Virus record (IMG/VR): IMGVR_UViG_3300033475_000099
Span: 1-36,429 of that record
Length of the DNA: 36,429 nucleotides
Source of the DNA: a virus
Taxonomy: Duplodnaviria; Caudoviricetes
Strand: one strand, 5' to 3'
Below, piece after piece: positions 26,132 through 34,039 of the stretch; within the stretch, counting starts at the first letter, position 1; each line of letters starts with the position of its first letter. The notes beneath the pieces were generated by a model. The model was not told the origin of the DNA. It saw only the letters and a program-made list of their open reading frames with translations, and made no database searches. A program made the position numbers and the translations under genes.

Positions 26132-26422
26132 ATGCCTTGGTACGTGAAAGCGTTCAAGTACGCGAAGGCGATCGGTGCGGCTCTCGTGCCGGTCTACCTC
26201 GTTATCGAGGCCGCTACCACCGACGGAACGATCACCGGTGACGAGTGGCACAAGATCATCGCAGCCGTGGTCGGCGCCGTGATCGTCTACTTCGTGCCCA
26301 ACAAGGGGTACGTGAACACTTCCAACCCGGCGCGCGGGGGCACCATCCCGCCTCGGACCAGTACGGGTCTCCCCACCTACAACGACCCGCCATCCCGCGG
26401 TAGCTCGGGTCCGCTCGAGTAA
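26132..26422 (+). CDS. Holin
   Basis: RBS AGGAGG; KA..AA, DG.IT..EW..I..A and VY.VPN motifs of actinophage holins; follows the endolysin. Confidence 0.8.
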   Translation: MPWYVKAFKYAKAIGAALVPVYLVIEAATTDGTITGDEWHKIIAAVVGAVIVYFVPNKGYVNTSNPARGGTIPPRTSTGLPTYNDPPSRGSSGPLE

Positions 26423-26432
26423 CCACCAGGCC

Positions 26433-26499
26433 GCAGGCCCTCGCTCCGCTTCGCGTTTGCTGCCCGCGCGTGTAGCGTCCCTCCAGAGCGAGGGCCTGC
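26433..26499. terminator. Bidirectional terminator hairpin between convergent arms
   Basis: Perfect 14-bp IR GCAGGCCCTCGCTC (26433-26446) / GAGCGAGGGCCTGC (26486-26499) with further internal pairing; no U-tract, as is common in actinobacteria. Confidence 0.75.
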
Positions 26500-26506
26500 A
26501 TTATGC

Positions 26507-27037
26507 TTATCCTCCGTGCACTCGCCGGTAGTACAGGGAGGACTGGTACCGCATCTCGAAGATCAGGTACCAGACGAGATGCCGTGCAGCGTCTCTGGCA
26601 TCCTTGCTCTCGTGCCAGAGACCGAAGTCCTTGAGGTTCTTTCCCTTCAGGTAAGTGACGTCCTTGTTGGAGCGACTCACCAGCTTGAGGGGCACGTTGA
26701 ACTTCTGTGCAAAGCCCTTGGCGACGCCGATGTACTCGTTGCTGATCAGGTCAGCGGCTCTGTTGTCGGTGTGATCGAACCGCTCGACGACCAGGTGTGC
26801 ATCTCGGCGCGCAGCTCGGATGTAAGGGCTGGCGTGAATGCCTTCGATGTGAACGGTGATGGGTGGAGGCACCATGCATGTCAGCTTGTCTCGAAGCAGA
26901 CAGTCGAGGTGATGATGGTGGTCCTCTTCGCTAAGGACACCCATCTCGACGCTGTCAGGATCCCACGCCTTGTCGCGGTCACCACTCCACACGGCCCAGC
27001 CCGTCCCTCCTCCCGGGTCGAGCGCCATGACCCTCAC
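26507..27037 (-). CDS. RuvC-like Holliday junction resolvase
   Basis: MALDPG..TGWA, VVERF and DARDAARH acidic motifs of the RNase H fold. Confidence 0.75.
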   Translation of the reverse strand: MRVMALDPGGGTGWAVWSGDRDKAWDPDSVEMGVLSEEDHHHHLDCLLRDKLTCMVPPPITVHIEGIHASPYIRAARRDAHLVVERFDHTDNRAADLISNEYIGVAKGFAQKFNVPLKLVSRSNKDVTYLKGKNLKDFGLWHESKDARDAARHLVWYLIFEMRYQSSLYYRRVHGG

Positions 27038-27516
27038 AGCTGAGGCCTTTCCGGGTTGGCGACTCCGGGGAAGAGTTCCTGTCGCTTCCGTTCGATGATC
27101 TCCCCTACTGGAAGAGCGCGAGCCACTTCCACCACTCCCTCGGTGTCCTCCTCCACGCCGCCTTCGGCGAGGACTCGAGCCTGGTGGCCGATGACGGTTT
27201 CGGGGTCGACGGAGGTGGTGACCACGTCAACGTGTAGACCAACGAGCTGCTCGATGACCAGCTCGAGGTTGTCGATGATGACGCGGGGCGCGTGCTTGGT
27301 TCCTCGGAACCTTGCGGAGTGGAGGTCCTGGACGGTGATGACTTGGCGAGGCTGGATTCCGTGGTAGACACCGCTCTTGTCCTTCTTTCCGAAGTCCTTG
27401 ATGATCCTGTCTCGTTCGCGGTAGCTGGAAACGAGTAGCAGCCCGTTCGTCCTCCTGACGGCTTCGATGCATGCCGTAGTCTTACCCTTACGACGTCCAG
27501 CGTACACGAGTCTCAT
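27034..27516 (-). CDS. Small P-loop NTPase-like protein
   Basis: GRRKGKTT Walker A at the N-terminus; VIIDN Walker B-like; RBS AGAGGA. Confidence 0.6.
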   Translation of the reverse strand: MRLVYAGRRKGKTTACIEAVRRTNGLLLVSSYRERDRIIKDFGKKDKSGVYHGIQPRQVITVQDLHSARFRGTKHAPRVIIDNLELVIEQLVGLHVDVVTTSVDPETVIGHQARVLAEGGVEEDTEGVVEVARALPVGEIIERKRQELFPGVANPERPQL

Positions 27517-27535
27517 TGGTCTTAACGTCCTCTTT

Positions 27536-27658
27536 GTTCTCTAAGATTTGTTCTAAGCTGTTCTAAACACCTTGTTCTAAACAGCTGCACTAACACATCA
27601 GTCCGCGCTGTGCCTAAGCTTGTCATTGTTTAGAACTTCGTTTAGAGCTAGTTCTAAA
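27536..27658. repeat. GTTCTAAA iteron-like array, copy 2
   Basis: GTTCTnnn at 27536, 27550, 27560, 27574; CTAACACA at 27590; inverted TTTAGAAC at 27629 and TTTAGAGC at 27641; GTTCTAAA at 27651. Confidence 0.85.
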
Positions 27659-27691
27659 TAGAGCTCAGCTCTCGCGATTGGTGATGCTGGA

Positions 27692-28069
27692 CTAGTCCCA
27701 CGGTTTGTCCGCTACCAGCTCACCAGTCATGAGCTTGAGTTCTTGGTCGATCTCGTCGATGCGCTTCTGCAGCTTGGCGCGTTCAGTCAGAAGACGACGT
27801 TCGTGAGCATGAGGGTCCGGCTGTCCGTTGAGCACGACGTAGAGGTTGTCGGGTTCATTGTTCAGCTTGTTGTTGTCCCTCCTCTTGACCTTCTCGTTGG
27901 GAAGGAGCGGACGACCGAGCTTCTCCTCCATCACTCGGCGGTGCTTCATCACGTTCCCGCCCTTGGCTTTCGGGTCCCGGATCCTGATGTAGCCGTTCGG
28001 GTCGATGAACTCGTTCTTCCCGCACGCCGCCTTCTCTTCCTCCGTCAGTTCCCTTCTCGGTCTGACCAC
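27692..28069 (-). CDS. Degenerate HNH (HNH_3-like) protein with C-terminal coiled coil (start revised to GTG 28069)
   Basis: RBS GAGGAG; GYIRI..HRRVMEEKLGRPL..NEKVKRRDNNKLNN..DNL, with the usual VHH replaced by VKR. Confidence 0.7.
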   Translation of the reverse strand: MVRPRRELTEEEKAACGKNEFIDPNGYIRIRDPKAKGGNVMKHRRVMEEKLGRPLLPNEKVKRRDNNKLNNEPDNLYVVLNGQPDPHAHERRLLTERAKLQKRIDEIDQELKLMTGELVADKPWD

Positions 28070-28265
28070 GCTTGTGCTCCTCGAACTTGTTACGGGCCCA
28101 GGGGATCGGTCTTCCCTCCATGGGCTCTGTCCAGTGTATATGCTTCTGGCAGCTGACGACGACCACGGAGTGGGTGACCTTGAAGTACATCCTGCACTCC
28201 GCGGGTCGTCGGGCTGCAATCTCGGCAAGGACCTCACCCTTGGTCTTGCCCGTCTTCCTTCTCAT
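27855..28265 (-). CDS. Hypothetical protein (C-terminal part overlaps the HNH gene)
   Basis: TAATG coupling to an upstream 42-aa ORF; Cys/His-containing N-half; the ~215-bp overlap makes the extent uncertain. Confidence 0.45.
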   Translation of the reverse strand: MRRKTGKTKGEVLAEIAARRPAECRMYFKVTHSVVVVSCQKHIHWTEPMEGRPIPWARNKFEEHKRGQTEKGTDGGREGGVREERVHRPERLHQDPGPESQGRERDEAPPSDGGEARSSAPSQREGQEEGQQQAEQ

Positions 28266-28393
28266 TAGCCGAAGTAGATGAAGAGGATCGCGGCTGACCA
28301 GAGGATAGCGAATCCAATGGCGTACAGGATCTCGCTGGTCCTAAAGCGCGCCCCAGTTCGTCCCGACCGTTGCGTCCGTTTTGAACTGGACAT
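28265..28393 (-). CDS. Small single-TM protein (42 aa, not in ORF track)
   Basis: MSSSKRTQRSGRTGARFRTSEILYAIGFAILWSAAILFIYFG; overlaps the pol end; TAATG-coupled downstream. Confidence 0.5.
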   Translation of the reverse strand: MSSSKRTQRSGRTGARFRTSEILYAIGFAILWSAAILFIYFG

Positions 28394-30767
28394 AGTCACC
28401 TACCAGGTCGTACGCCGACTCGAGCATGTAGTCGTTCAGGGTCTTGGAGACCTCTTCCGCATCCTCCGGTTCGCACTCGGCGAGGATGGAGTCGTGGACG
28501 AGGTTACGGATCAGAGCCTTGCCCTTCAGCTTAGGCCTGACACGATAGAAGGCTCGGAGGCAGATGTCCGACGAGATGCTCTGCGGGCGGAACGCCAGAC
28601 CTTCCTTGTAGCAGTCGGTGAAGTTCTCGTCCGTGATCAGGTAGAAGCGTCGCTTCCGTCCGAAGGGGGTCTGCAGATCTCTCCCCGACTTGATCTGGTC
28701 CCAGACTGACTTCTGGTAGGAGACGACGTTCGGGATGACTCCGAAGAACGCTTCCATGCCTGAAGAAGCTTCCGCCACCGGGATGCGGAACTCCTGGGCG
28801 ATCGAGCCTGCCTCTCGGCCATAGGACAGTCCGTACACATAGGCCTTGACTCGAATGCGTTTCTCCTTTCGAGCCGCAGGGTCGAGGCCATCAAGGTTCC
28901 CATAAAGGACTGGGGCGAGCTCGTCGAAGAGGTCTCGAGTTGGGTCGTTGAAGATGGCCCGGAAGTATTCTTCCTGAGCAAGCCAGGTGAGTACTCGAAG
29001 CTCAGCCTGTGAGTAGTCACACTGGACGAAAACTCGTCCAGGTCTTCCTGGAACAAACTGAGCGCGGATGCTGCTTTCTCGGGGAATATTTTGAAGGTTA
29101 GGGTTCCTACAAGCGAGCCGTCCGGTCGTAGTCCCGTGGAGAAGGAAAGTAGGGTAAACTCGTCCTCGAAAAAGACGCTTTCTGATTCCCTTGACATAGG
29201 TCCCGTACAGCTTTGCTTCTCGGCGATGCTTGAGCATCAGGGAAAGGAACTCGAAGAGATACGAGTCCGGAGGGATGCGCTCGGTCAGAAGCTTGAGTGT
29301 GTCCTCTCGAGTGTCGACGACACGTACGTCGAAGGCGCGGAGGACCTCTTGCACCTGCTTCGGACTGCGCGGGTTGAAGTTTGGGTGGACGTACTTCGCT
29401 CCACCGTCTTCAGTGAGGAATGCCTTGTCGATGCATGCCTGCATCTTCTCTTCGAGTGGAGCCAGCCGATCCAGGTACTCTGTCATCAGCTTGGTGTTGT
29501 ACTCGAAGTCGATCGCGATGCCGTTCAGCTCGACGTACATGAGCTGGTTGGCAGCCATGACCCGATGGTCGTGGTCTCGACGCTCAGCCGGCGTCAGCTT
29601 CTCTTCGTAGTACTCGATCAGGTCCCACGTGACCGCACAGTCGTAAGCGTTGTACCGATCGAGTACATCGGGTGGGACGACACTGTAGCCGTTCTTCGCT
29701 GGGCTCCACATGTCGAGCACACCCTTCCAGTCGGGTGTGCCTAGGATCTCGATGCCCTGGGTAGCGAGACCGTGAATGCCTCGGCGCTCGTCCTTTGCGT
29801 ACGACGCGAGCATGGTATCGAACCAGAGCTCGAGCCCTCCCAGAAGAGGATATAGACCAGAGAGATCATACTTGCCGTTCTGGGCACCGAGCTTCTTCGA
29901 CTGGAGAAGCTTCCGCAGCCAGACGATGACACCCTTGTCCTTCAGGGCATTGCGTTCGATGACAACGACTTTGCCCTTCTGGTAGCAGATCCCGATGCAC
30001 AGGATCTCGTAGTTGTTCGGGTGGTCGTAGGCTTCGTCCTTGTCGGTGTCCGTTTCGATGTCGATGACCAGGCGGTCCGTGTGGTGTTTTGCCAGCTCCT
30101 TCAGGACCGCGATTGCCGTGTCAGGCTCATCGAAGACCTTGAACTCCGGCGGCTTCCACGCTACGTGCTGCCTTTTGATCTTGCCGACGTCTCGGACAAG
30201 TGAAGGAAAAAAGTCTGGACTCCGTAGACAGGCAGCCGGATGGAAAGTTGGAAGAATCCGGACTCCCGGGAGGTACTTACTCTCTTTTCCGAAGCCAACC
30301 CTGAGCTTGGAAACACCCTCAGATGACCCGAGTAGCGATTGGGAGGCCGTATTGCCGAGAGCGACCACTGTCTGTACGCCGCGTTCCTGTAGCTCGTGAA
30401 CGAGACGGGGCCGACACGCAGCGATCGCGGCCGCAGGAGGAGCAGTGTTCTGCCTCCCGCTTGGACGACAAAGCGTGGCGTTACTGAGGAAGATGTCCTT
30501 GCGTTCGATCTGGTTGTGCTGGTTGACTCGGTCGAGGAGCTTGCCTGACTGTCCGACGAAGGGCTTGCCGATGTTGACTTCGTTCCTACCAGCAGCCTCC
30601 CCAACGTATGCAATGCTTGCCTTCGCTGGTCCATCGGAGGGAACAAAGAGGCCAGACTCTCGAAGAGGGCACTCTTCGCACTTGGCGTGAGGATGCTTCC
30701 GAACGCCCTTGACTGCATCGGCGAGTGCCTCTTCGGCTGCGTTGATGATGTCGTCATTGTCACTCAT
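28341..30767 (-). CDS. polA: DNA polymerase family A with N-terminal family-4 uracil-DNA glycosylase domain (SPO1-like)
   Basis: UDG4: CEECPL, VGEAAG..E...PFVG.SG, LCRP, HPAA.LR; 3'-5' exo: DIET, NGKYD, YNAYD; pol: TGRL..PNLQNIP, DYSQAELR, K...YG..YG, VHDS. Confidence 0.95.
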   Translation of the reverse strand: MSDNDDIINAAEEALADAVKGVRKHPHAKCEECPLRESGLFVPSDGPAKASIAYVGEAAGRNEVNIGKPFVGQSGKLLDRVNQHNQIERKDIFLSNATLCRPSGRQNTAPPAAAIAACRPRLVHELQERGVQTVVALGNTASQSLLGSSEGVSKLRVGFGKESKYLPGVRILPTFHPAACLRSPDFFPSLVRDVGKIKRQHVAWKPPEFKVFDEPDTAIAVLKELAKHHTDRLVIDIETDTDKDEAYDHPNNYEILCIGICYQKGKVVVIERNALKDKGVIVWLRKLLQSKKLGAQNGKYDLSGLYPLLGGLELWFDTMLASYAKDERRGIHGLATQGIEILGTPDWKGVLDMWSPAKNGYSVVPPDVLDRYNAYDCAVTWDLIEYYEEKLTPAERRDHDHRVMAANQLMYVELNGIAIDFEYNTKLMTEYLDRLAPLEEKMQACIDKAFLTEDGGAKYVHPNFNPRSPKQVQEVLRAFDVRVVDTREDTLKLLTERIPPDSYLFEFLSLMLKHRREAKLYGTYVKGIRKRLFRGRVYPTFLLHGTTTGRLACRNPNLQNIPRESSIRAQFVPGRPGRVFVQCDYSQAELRVLTWLAQEEYFRAIFNDPTRDLFDELAPVLYGNLDGLDPAARKEKRIRVKAYVYGLSYGREAGSIAQEFRIPVAEASSGMEAFFGVIPNVVSYQKSVWDQIKSGRDLQTPFGRKRRFYLITDENFTDCYKEGLAFRPQSISSDICLRAFYRVRPKLKGKALIRNLVHDSILAECEPEDAEEVSKTLNDYMLESAYDLVGDYVQFKTDATVGTNWGAL

Positions 30768-31137
30768 TCCGGACTCCCATCAGAAGCTCCACACGGGCCT
30801 CAGTGATGAGGTGGGTCTTTCCGTCGAACGTGCGCTCGACCATTCCGCCGATCTGGAGTGTCGGGTACGCTGCCCACTGGACACCCATGTCGGTCAGGAT
30901 CTTGACGACGCACTCGTAAGACAGGAGCAGCTTGTGTCTGATGGCGACATCCGAGTCACCCTTCTGGACACCGACGGGCTTGACCATTGCACAGATCCGG
31001 AGCTCTGTGCTAAAGGGGCTAGCACCGTGCAGACCGGGGAGCATACTGTACTGGCCTTGCAGCTCCCATTGGGTGACCCAGAGGTACTCGTCCAGCCGCT
31101 GCCGAAAGGCTGGTTCGTTGAGTGCGAGCTCAGTCAT
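30760..31137 (-). CDS. Hypothetical protein (125 aa)
   Basis: Overlaps both neighbours by 8 bp in a tightly packed operon. Confidence 0.65.
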   Translation of the reverse strand: MTELALNEPAFRQRLDEYLWVTQWELQGQYSMLPGLHGASPFSTELRICAMVKPVGVQKGDSDVAIRHKLLLSYECVVKILTDMGVQWAAYPTLQIGGMVERTFDGKTHLITEARVELLMGVRNE

Positions 31138-31924
31138 TGTTGATGACGTGTCGGAGGTACGCGACGTTGGCGTCGGCGAGGGCCTTCTGGTGCGGGTCGA
31201 ACACCATGTCGAAGTACCCTTCCTGCCGCTCGATGTCGGGAGGTGTTTTCCACTTGGGAAGGTCTTCGTAGGCGAGCGCGTAGACGTACGGCATGCTCGT
31301 GTCGACGCTGCGCACGTTGTAGGTCTGGAGGTGAGCCAGCTCCCCGATGTAGTTCGGCATCGCGCCGAGGAAGTGAACCTCGAATCGATCCGTGTGCTTG
31401 GAGTGGATGTAGTTCGCCAGGCGGAGGCGAATGGTCGACCGTGTGATCTCGTTGCCGTAGGTGGTCTTGCCGAGGTGCTTGGGAATGCAGAAGGTCTTCA
31501 GCCCCGACAGGGCGTAGGTGTTCTTCATCATCACGACGCGGTCGATGAAGCTGCAGCATTCATCGTACGAAGTGCCCTGCACGACGACAGCGTAGCGACG
31601 GTTGTGCCACTCGTCGGGGTCCAGGTCCTCGATGAGAGTACCCAGAGACCTGAGCGTGGCTTCCGCGTCACCGAGAACGTCCGGTACGACGACCTCGTCG
31701 ATGCTGTAGTAGGACGCCAGCGAGACGAGATCGAGTCCGTCGATCGTGGCTCCCTCGAAGGCGCCGTTGTCGAGTATCGTCCATCGAGCCGTGTTGCGTG
31801 CGGTCTTCACGTACTCCTTGTAGTCGGTGTCACCCAGGAACTGGGGGAGGAAGAGGTACGTCTGGTCCTTGTTGATGCTGGCGAGGGCGTACTCATGCGG
31901 CGGGATCAGTGCGAGGCTGGTCAC
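31130..31924 (-). CDS. TGT-fold protein, DpdA-like 7-deazaguanine DNA transglycosylase candidate
   Basis: ILDNGAFE, VPDVLGD, VVQG, HFLG and RSVDTS motifs are collinear with TGT/DpdA motifs (LDSGAF, PD, QG, H.LG, S.DS); same operon as folE/queD/queC. Confidence 0.7.
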   Translation of the reverse strand: MTSLALIPPHEYALASINKDQTYLFLPQFLGDTDYKEYVKTARNTARWTILDNGAFEGATIDGLDLVSLASYYSIDEVVVPDVLGDAEATLRSLGTLIEDLDPDEWHNRRYAVVVQGTSYDECCSFIDRVVMMKNTYALSGLKTFCIPKHLGKTTYGNEITRSTIRLRLANYIHSKHTDRFEVHFLGAMPNYIGELAHLQTYNVRSVDTSMPYVYALAYEDLPKWKTPPDIERQEGYFDMVFDPHQKALADANVAYLRHVINND

Positions 31925-32238
31925 GACTTGCCTCCGAACATGTTGGGAAGGCTGGGGCTGAGTCCCGGCTTGTTCGGCTGGAAGCCTCCAGGAGGAGCGT
32001 CCTCGCCGTACTTCTCGTCGAGCTGGGCGTTCATCATGTACAGCCGGATGAAGGTGTAGCGAGCGTAGTTGCCGAGGTCGAGGACCTCCTGCATGGCCTC
32101 CTCGAGAGTGTTCTTTCCCAGGAAGGCCAGCTGCCCGTACTTCTCGGCGCCCATGTCGTGGCGCTCCTGGACACGCCTGTCGTACTCGGCGCTCGCCTCG
32201 GTGATAAGGTCGACCAGCGGGTTGGTCTCGTCGCTCAC
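31921..32238 (-). CDS. All-alpha dNTP pyrophosphohydrolase-like (MazG superfamily) protein
   Basis: R...GAEKYG and LEEAMQEVLDL.NY acidic helix pattern. Confidence 0.55.
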   Translation of the reverse strand: MSDETNPLVDLITEASAEYDRRVQERHDMGAEKYGQLAFLGKNTLEEAMQEVLDLGNYARYTFIRLYMMNAQLDEKYGEDAPPGGFQPNKPGLSPSLPNMFGGKS

Positions 32239-32555
32239 TTGCTGTGCCTTCCGTCGTTGTCGAATCGCTTCTCGTGGTAGGCGTCGTAGATGTTGACCTC
32301 GTACATGCCGCAGAGGGCCATCAAGTACGTGAAGACGTCAGCGAGTTCGCCCTTGATCATCTCCTGTGCTTCCGAGAAGCTGATGCTCTTCCGCCGAAGC
32401 TTCTTGATGACCTCGGCCACCTCGCCGGCCTCACCACACAGACCGAGCGCCATGTCCATCGGCGTCTGTGCGTCGGGGAACCACTTGGCTCCATCGTCCA
32501 GGCACTGCTGCGGGATACCGTCTGCCCAGTGAAGAGCTTCCTCAACCGTCGGCAT
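32235..32555 (-). CDS. mazG: MazG-like nucleotide pyrophosphohydrolase (start revised to ATG 32555)
   Basis: LGLCGEAGEVAEVIKK...GELADVFTY motif; RBS GGAG. Confidence 0.85.
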   Translation of the reverse strand: MPTVEEALHWADGIPQQCLDDGAKWFPDAQTPMDMALGLCGEAGEVAEVIKKLRRKSISFSEAQEMIKGELADVFTYLMALCGMYEVNIYDAYHEKRFDNDGRHSK

Positions 32556-32715
32556 CTTCGTTCTCCACTTCATCTTCCGTCCGGTGAACGCTGACGCTTA
32601 CGGAGACACCCTCCAGTGCCATACCGTACGCCACGTTCTTGAAGGTCTCGAGCACCTTCGCCAGAGCGTCCTTGTCGTCTGTGAACACCGATAGGGTGAC
32701 GCCTACCTCATCCAC
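32542..32715 (-). CDS. Small acidic hypothetical protein (57 aa, not in ORF track)
   Basis: MDEVGVTLSVFTDDKDALAKVLETFKNVAYGMALEGVSVSVSVHRTEDEVENEDADG fills the gap and overlaps both neighbours. Confidence 0.6.
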   Translation of the reverse strand: MDEVGVTLSVFTDDKDALAKVLETFKNVAYGMALEGVSVSVSVHRTEDEVENEDADG

Positions 32716-32917
32716 GTGGTGCCTGCCTTGTCTGCGGATTGCTGCCGGGCGGGATCGGGATACGTACCACGAGCTCTACCTGACCTCCGACGTCGACGAG
32801 CTCCGCCTTCATGCCGGGATGAGTCTTGGTGTTGTACTCCTCGTCGACACCGTACTTGTCCACGACGACCACCGTGTCGACTTCGATGGGAGTCTTGTCG
32901 GCGAACGGCGTACTCAT
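32708..32917 (-). CDS. Hypothetical protein (69 aa)
   Basis: ATGA overlap with folE stop; host-like codon usage. Confidence 0.6.
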   Translation of the reverse strand: MSTPFADKTPIEVDTVVVVDKYGVDEEYNTKTHPGMKAELVDVGGQVELVVRIPIPPGSNPQTRQAPRG

Positions 32918-33513
32918 CGTCGGCCGTTGATCGCGGCGAGGAACTCCGCCTTGGCGGTTCTGTTGTGGTCTCCGAACACCCCCATCATCTTGGCCGTACG
33001 CGTACGAGTGCCCGGCGCTTTGACTCCGCGGATGGTCATGCAGAGGTGCTCGGCTTCCATCACGACGCCGACGCCCTTGGGCGACAGCTGGTCGTTGAGG
33101 AACTGCGCGATGTTGTCGGTCAGCTCCTCCTGGACTGAGAGGCTCGCGGCGAAGTACCGAACGGTGCGAGCAAACTTACTCAGGCCCGCGATGAGCTCGT
33201 CCGGCACGTAGGCGATGTGCGCCACGCCGAAGTACGGAACGATGTGATGGTTGCACAGGCTCACGAACGAGATGTCCAGTTCGGTGATCATCTCGTCGAC
33301 CTTGTGCGACGGGAAGGTGGTGAACTTGAACTCCTCGGGAGTGGTCAGCTCCTTCAGCATCTGCACGTAGCGACGAGGAGTGTCGCGCCCGTGTGGAGTT
33401 TCGATCTCCAGGCCCGCCGCTTCGGACAGAACGTGCGATGCAGCATCCGTCAGGGCATCCGACCTCGAGAAGGGGTCCACGCTCTTCCTGATCTTGTCGT
33501 CGCTCACTATCAT
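32914..33513 (-). CDS. folE: GTP cyclohydrolase I
   Basis: DTPRR, SLCNHHIVPYFG, GLSKFAR, VQEELT and AEHLCMTIRG motifs. Confidence 0.96.
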   Translation of the reverse strand: MIVSDDKIRKSVDPFSRSDALTDAASHVLSEAAGLEIETPHGRDTPRRYVQMLKELTTPEEFKFTTFPSHKVDEMITELDISFVSLCNHHIVPYFGVAHIAYVPDELIAGLSKFARTVRYFAASLSVQEELTDNIAQFLNDQLSPKGVGVVMEAEHLCMTIRGVKAPGTRTRTAKMMGVFGDHNRTAKAEFLAAINGRR

Positions 33514-33573
33514 TCCCTTCGAGTACCCAGCACCAGGTGCCGGCTAGGCTTACTACGATTGCGTCCCAGATTG

Positions 33574-34038
33574 CTAGCGTGACAAGGAGCACGTCGCCGC
33601 GTTGACCGCCGTCTCTTGTACCTTGACCACCACGTGCTCGACTGCCCACGGGAAGGCCTGGAGTGCCCAGGTCGCGATCCAGTAGGCGATGTTCTCTGTC
33701 GTCGGGTCTCCCTCGGTGGGGAAGAGACCCGGAAGGAAGTGTGCCTGTCCGTCAGCGTTCGCTCCTGCGAAGAGGAGCTGCCCAGCCCACGGGTCGATCT
33801 TGTTCAAGAGGGTGCGGTGATCGAAGTTCTCGTCCAGGAACGAACGGAACTTCTTCTTCACGTCGCCGAAGTCGAGGTCGGCCAGCATGCCCGTCGCTCC
33901 GACGTTCCCCACGAGCTCGAGGTCGCACCAGAAGGAGTGCCCGTGGATGTTCTCACACTTGCCCGGAGTCTGGTAGAGGCGGTGCGCCGTCTCGAAGTTG
34001 TGCCGAACGCTGATCGTCGTCTCGCCTACGATGGTCAC
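33574..34038 (-). CDS. queD: 6-carboxy-5,6,7,8-tetrahydropterin synthase (start revised to GTG 34038)
   Basis: FETAHRL, C.NIHGHS, DFG..K, FDH..LN, PTTENIA and V.ET motifs; RBS GGGAG. Confidence 0.95.
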   Translation of the reverse strand: MTIVGETTISVRHNFETAHRLYQTPGKCENIHGHSFWCDLELVGNVGATGMLADLDFGDVKKKFRSFLDENFDHRTLLNKIDPWAGQLLFAGANADGQAHFLPGLFPTEGDPTTENIAYWIATWALQAFPWAVEHVVVKVQETAVNAATCSLSR

Positions 34039-34039
34039 G

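Noticed and set aside
559-26251. Many long antisense or alternate-frame ORFs in the track (e.g. 559-1512, 2640-3791, 9757-10755, 11136-12503, 25151-26251)
   Set aside because: They are shadows of high-GC3 genes on the opposite strand or frame, with no RBS, no motifs, and full overlap with well-supported genes.
26987-26996. 10-nt match GGCCGTGTGG on the minus strand in the RuvC-like gene
   Set aside because: Explained by W-A-V-W codons; the rest of the element is absent.
33514-33573. 60-bp gap between queD and folE as a possible preQ1 riboswitch or small ORF
   Set aside because: No preQ1 aptamer consensus and no convincing RBS-start-stop ORF could be identified.
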